DNA from: Camelus dromedarius
Taxonomy: Eukaryota
Assembly (NCBI RefSeq): GCF_036321535.1
Contig: NC_087436.1
Span: 28,212,001 to 28,276,000, forward strand
Reading direction: 5' to 3'
DNA length: 64,000 nt
Below the pieces are notes generated by a model. It was given only the letters and a program-made list of their open reading frames with translations. It did no database searches and was not told the origin of the DNA. The stretch's first letter is position 1, and each line of letters starts with the position of its first letter. The position numbers were made by a program, and so were the translations under genes. Positions 61,257-64,000 of this stretch are shown piece after piece.

Positions 61257-61930
61257 TGTCAAGAGCAGAGCTGAGCTGGAGAGAGGGGAGCTGCCAGGTT
61301 GGTGTAGCTGATTAAATAAACAAGCCAAAGGAAGGAACAATGATGCATTTAATCACCGTGACAGTATCAGCAGGAGGCTGAACTGGAGAAAGTTCCTGTC
61401 CCAATATTCCCATTTTTCTCCATGGAAGAGTGCAAGGCTAGTGTCAAGGATCTGGGCAGCATTGGAGAATGTCTCATTGATGAAGGAGCCCTGGGGAAAA
61501 AAAAAATGCCTCCTCCCATTTTATGGACTCCAACTCAGGGTCGAGTGTGGGGAAGGCTTAGGAAGGGAAAATGATTGAGTACTGAGTCAGAGTAGGGAAA
61601 AATGTTTGTAAAATTCCCCACCTTTGCCTCCTGAGAAGGTCTCAGCAGAGGCACTTGAGGAAGATGATGACCAAATGCCTTCAATAAGAAGACTTCCAAG
61701 TGGAGACAGCTGGGCTTGGAATACAGATACCAAAAAACACAATAGGCCAGGAGGACTTGAGCTCTTGATTGCCACTGCCTCCTGAGAGTGCCCTCCACTG
61801 GCTGTGCCCCAAGCCTGATGTGAGGAAGGCAGTTTTTCCCTATAAGGCTTACCAAGTAAATCCTTTGTCATTCCCTACAGTGGAGCTTGAAAAAAAAAAA
61901 AAAATCACACCTAGGATTTTGGCCTGGAGC
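61257..61930 (-). mobile_element. Probable ancient solo LTR (family uncertain; possibly Gypsy-like MamGypLTR/LTR85/LTR88 class)
   Basis: Sharp ~670-bp rise in GC content starting at 'tgtcaagag'; reverse strand carries ATTAAA near the 3' end; no ORF. Confidence 0.35.
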
Positions 61931-62476
61931 CAACTCCTTATCTACAAGATCTAAATAATAATTTTTGAAAAAAAATAGAGAAGTATTTTTAATTCTTCAT
62001 TTGATTTCACTTATTTTAAAAATTATTTAATAAATAATATTTTATCAAAATAAGTTGGTACAGATGCATATGCTGTTGCAGATGAAATTAAAGAAAAATG
62101 TGAACTAGTGTAACAGAAATATTTTGTAAATATTTATAAATTGAGCTTAAGATAATAAATTGATATAAAATGACATGTGAATATCAATGGAAAAATGGAA
62201 ATAGAAATGCCTACTGCTTTTGTAAATGAGAATATCATTAAAAAGATTAGTATAGTTTTGTTGGGAAGCCAGCAAGGAGTGTGGGAAATAGCATGTGATT
62301 CTTATAGGATAATGAAAAGGCCTTAATGGACAGAAGAGAGATGCATACTTGAAATTAAATCGTTTTCAAGCAGAAGTGTGTTAAATGACAGAATGAAAAA
62401 TCTGAGTTGCATCTGAAAATAAGTCAAAGCTCTGGTAAATATCTTGTTTAAAGAAAGAAAATAATGAGGTGGCAAG

Positions 62477-62628
62477 ATTTTATATATATATATGTATATA
62501 TATATAAAATTTCCATACCAAAAATTTACACTCTTTAAGTGTACGATTTATGGTTTTATGTATATTCAAAGTTTTGCAAACATCTCCACTGCTTAGCTTC
62601 AGAAAATTATCATCACCATGAAGGAGAT
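62477..62628 (-). mobile_element. L1MB-like 3' tip whose tail has become a near-palindromic (TA)n
   Basis: 'aaaatttacactctttaagtgtacgatt...tatattcaaagttttgcaaacatctccact...catcacc'; 62477-62510 has 16-bp inverted arms around a central TG. Confidence 0.75.
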
Positions 62629-62967
62629 ATTTTAGGGAAATTAATCTGACAGAATACTTGGGTGGAAGAAGTTATGGCAGGTATACTGAAAGTGACAGAA
62701 AGTTCATTCACATGAGCCTTGGTGTAAATGCCCGTGAACAGCCAGGAGAGGTTGCGCATTTATGGAAAGAGCAGGAATTCAACTGGGTTTCCATAGTATT
62801 GACCTCTAGGGCTTATATAGCACCAAGACTTTTTTTCAGTTCCTCACCCCTACTTCTCTGTTGATTTGGTCAAATCTCTCCTATCTCATTGCTTTGCTGT
62901 GGCTTCCCTCGCTTGGCAAGACTAGGGCTGGCAGACAGGACACACATTGAATACCTTAAAATCTAGT

Positions 62968-63034
62968 AGAAAGAGAGAGAATTAGAGAGAGAGGGAGGGA
63001 GAGAGAGAGGAAGAGAGAGAGAGAGACCGAGAGA
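62968..63034. repeat. (GA)n-rich polypurine tract
   Basis: agagagagagggagggagagagagaggaagagagagagagaga. Confidence 0.9.
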
Positions 63035-64000
63035 CATATGTTTTTCTTTGTTGCATTAAAAGGAACCCAGTGGGAAGATACACCTTGGGGAATGTGCTAG
63101 CAATGGTAGGATGTGTCCACTGTAGATGAGAGGGGAGTGGACAGGGAGTAACATCTTGTAAGGAAATGGCAGAACTCACAAAACTCAAGATGAAGGGAGG
63201 GAGGGAGAAGCTTTGAGGTCAAACAATAGGTAATGGATAACTCAGTGAATTAATAAGCTGCATTCATGTCATGAACTAATGAGACATCATGAAATGTGTA
63301 CATGGATGCATAAAATACAAGAGTTATTGTTAGCTGTTGTAACTTTTTGTTGTTACGTTTTTAAAATTTACATGTGGGAGAAATGTGTTAGCAAGTAAAT
63401 TTCTACAGTATTAAAAGAAGTATTGATCACTGAGTTATTTTAACTAATTCCTAGAATTATGGAAAAAAGTGCTGATGGTTTGGAAAGCATGAAGTTGGGA
63501 TTTGAGTACCAAAAGAATTATACTGGGTTTAGGATATAATTGTGAGTGATCACTAACTATAAAAATGGTAGAGGAAACAGAAACAAAATTACAGTCATAA
63601 AATTGTATAATAATAAGTATATTCAATTCAATAGTGTTGAATAGATGTCTCAAATAATGTCAGAATGAACAAGTTAAATAATGAGTTGCTGTATTGAGGG
63701 CTCTTAGCTAGACATTTAAAAATAACTATGAGCAATTAGTAACATCTAATTTGGTAGTCATAGAAAAGTTAAGAAATTGACTAAAATATTCCCACGAATA
63801 CTTTGAAAATATATTATCCCAGAATGCATTTTTTAAACTTAGCTTTACTTTTAATATATAAAACATGATCACAGTACAAATCTTATTTTTTAAATCTATT
63901 TTATAATCTATAGAGGCTGCAGAGAGAATGAGATATGTATTGTTAGCACAAAAATAGCGGGCTTCCAGCTATGTTTGACATTAATTGCAACTGCTACCTA

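Noticed and set aside
61535..61954. Three overlapping ORFs of 61-106 aa
   Set aside because: A by-product of locally higher GC in a probable LTR; non-ATG starts and no homology recognised.
1..64000. CRISPR arrays, operons, tRNA/rRNA/snRNA genes, NUMTs, CpG-island promoter
   Set aside because: None seen; the sequence is mammalian repeat-rich non-coding DNA with strong CpG depletion.

Overview
AT-rich, CpG-poor eutherian genomic DNA with no recognisable host protein-coding gene, RNA gene or CpG island, so it is intergenic or deep intronic. All ORF-track entries are either decayed LINE-1 ORF2 fragments or chance ORFs. Much of the window is transposon fossil record: ancient L2, MIR, L1ME/L1MB/L1MA9, MaLR LTRs (MLT1A/B/D/E), ERVL LTRs (LTR16, MER74) and hAT MITEs (MER5, MER63, MER91), plus younger laurasiatherian L1s. 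The youngest L1 3' tails (ctgtacaccagaaattgacac...actgactRtacttc) and the absence of Alu, B1/B2, Bov-A/Bov-tA, PRE-1 and CanSINE suggest a camelid host (inference). The most notable object is a ~5.3 kb TSD-flanked L1 (8859-14163) inserted in an L2. It keeps its 5' UTR but lacks ORF1 entirely, carries a short extra 5' segment and hosts a nested younger L1. Other mechanistic snapshots are a 133-bp twin-primed (5'-inverted) L1, a TSD whose CpG decayed on opposite strands in the two copies, and perfect palindromes inside a MIR. I found no convincing novel gene system. Repeat family names come from my recall of consensus sequences, and the boundaries of old repeats are approximate.
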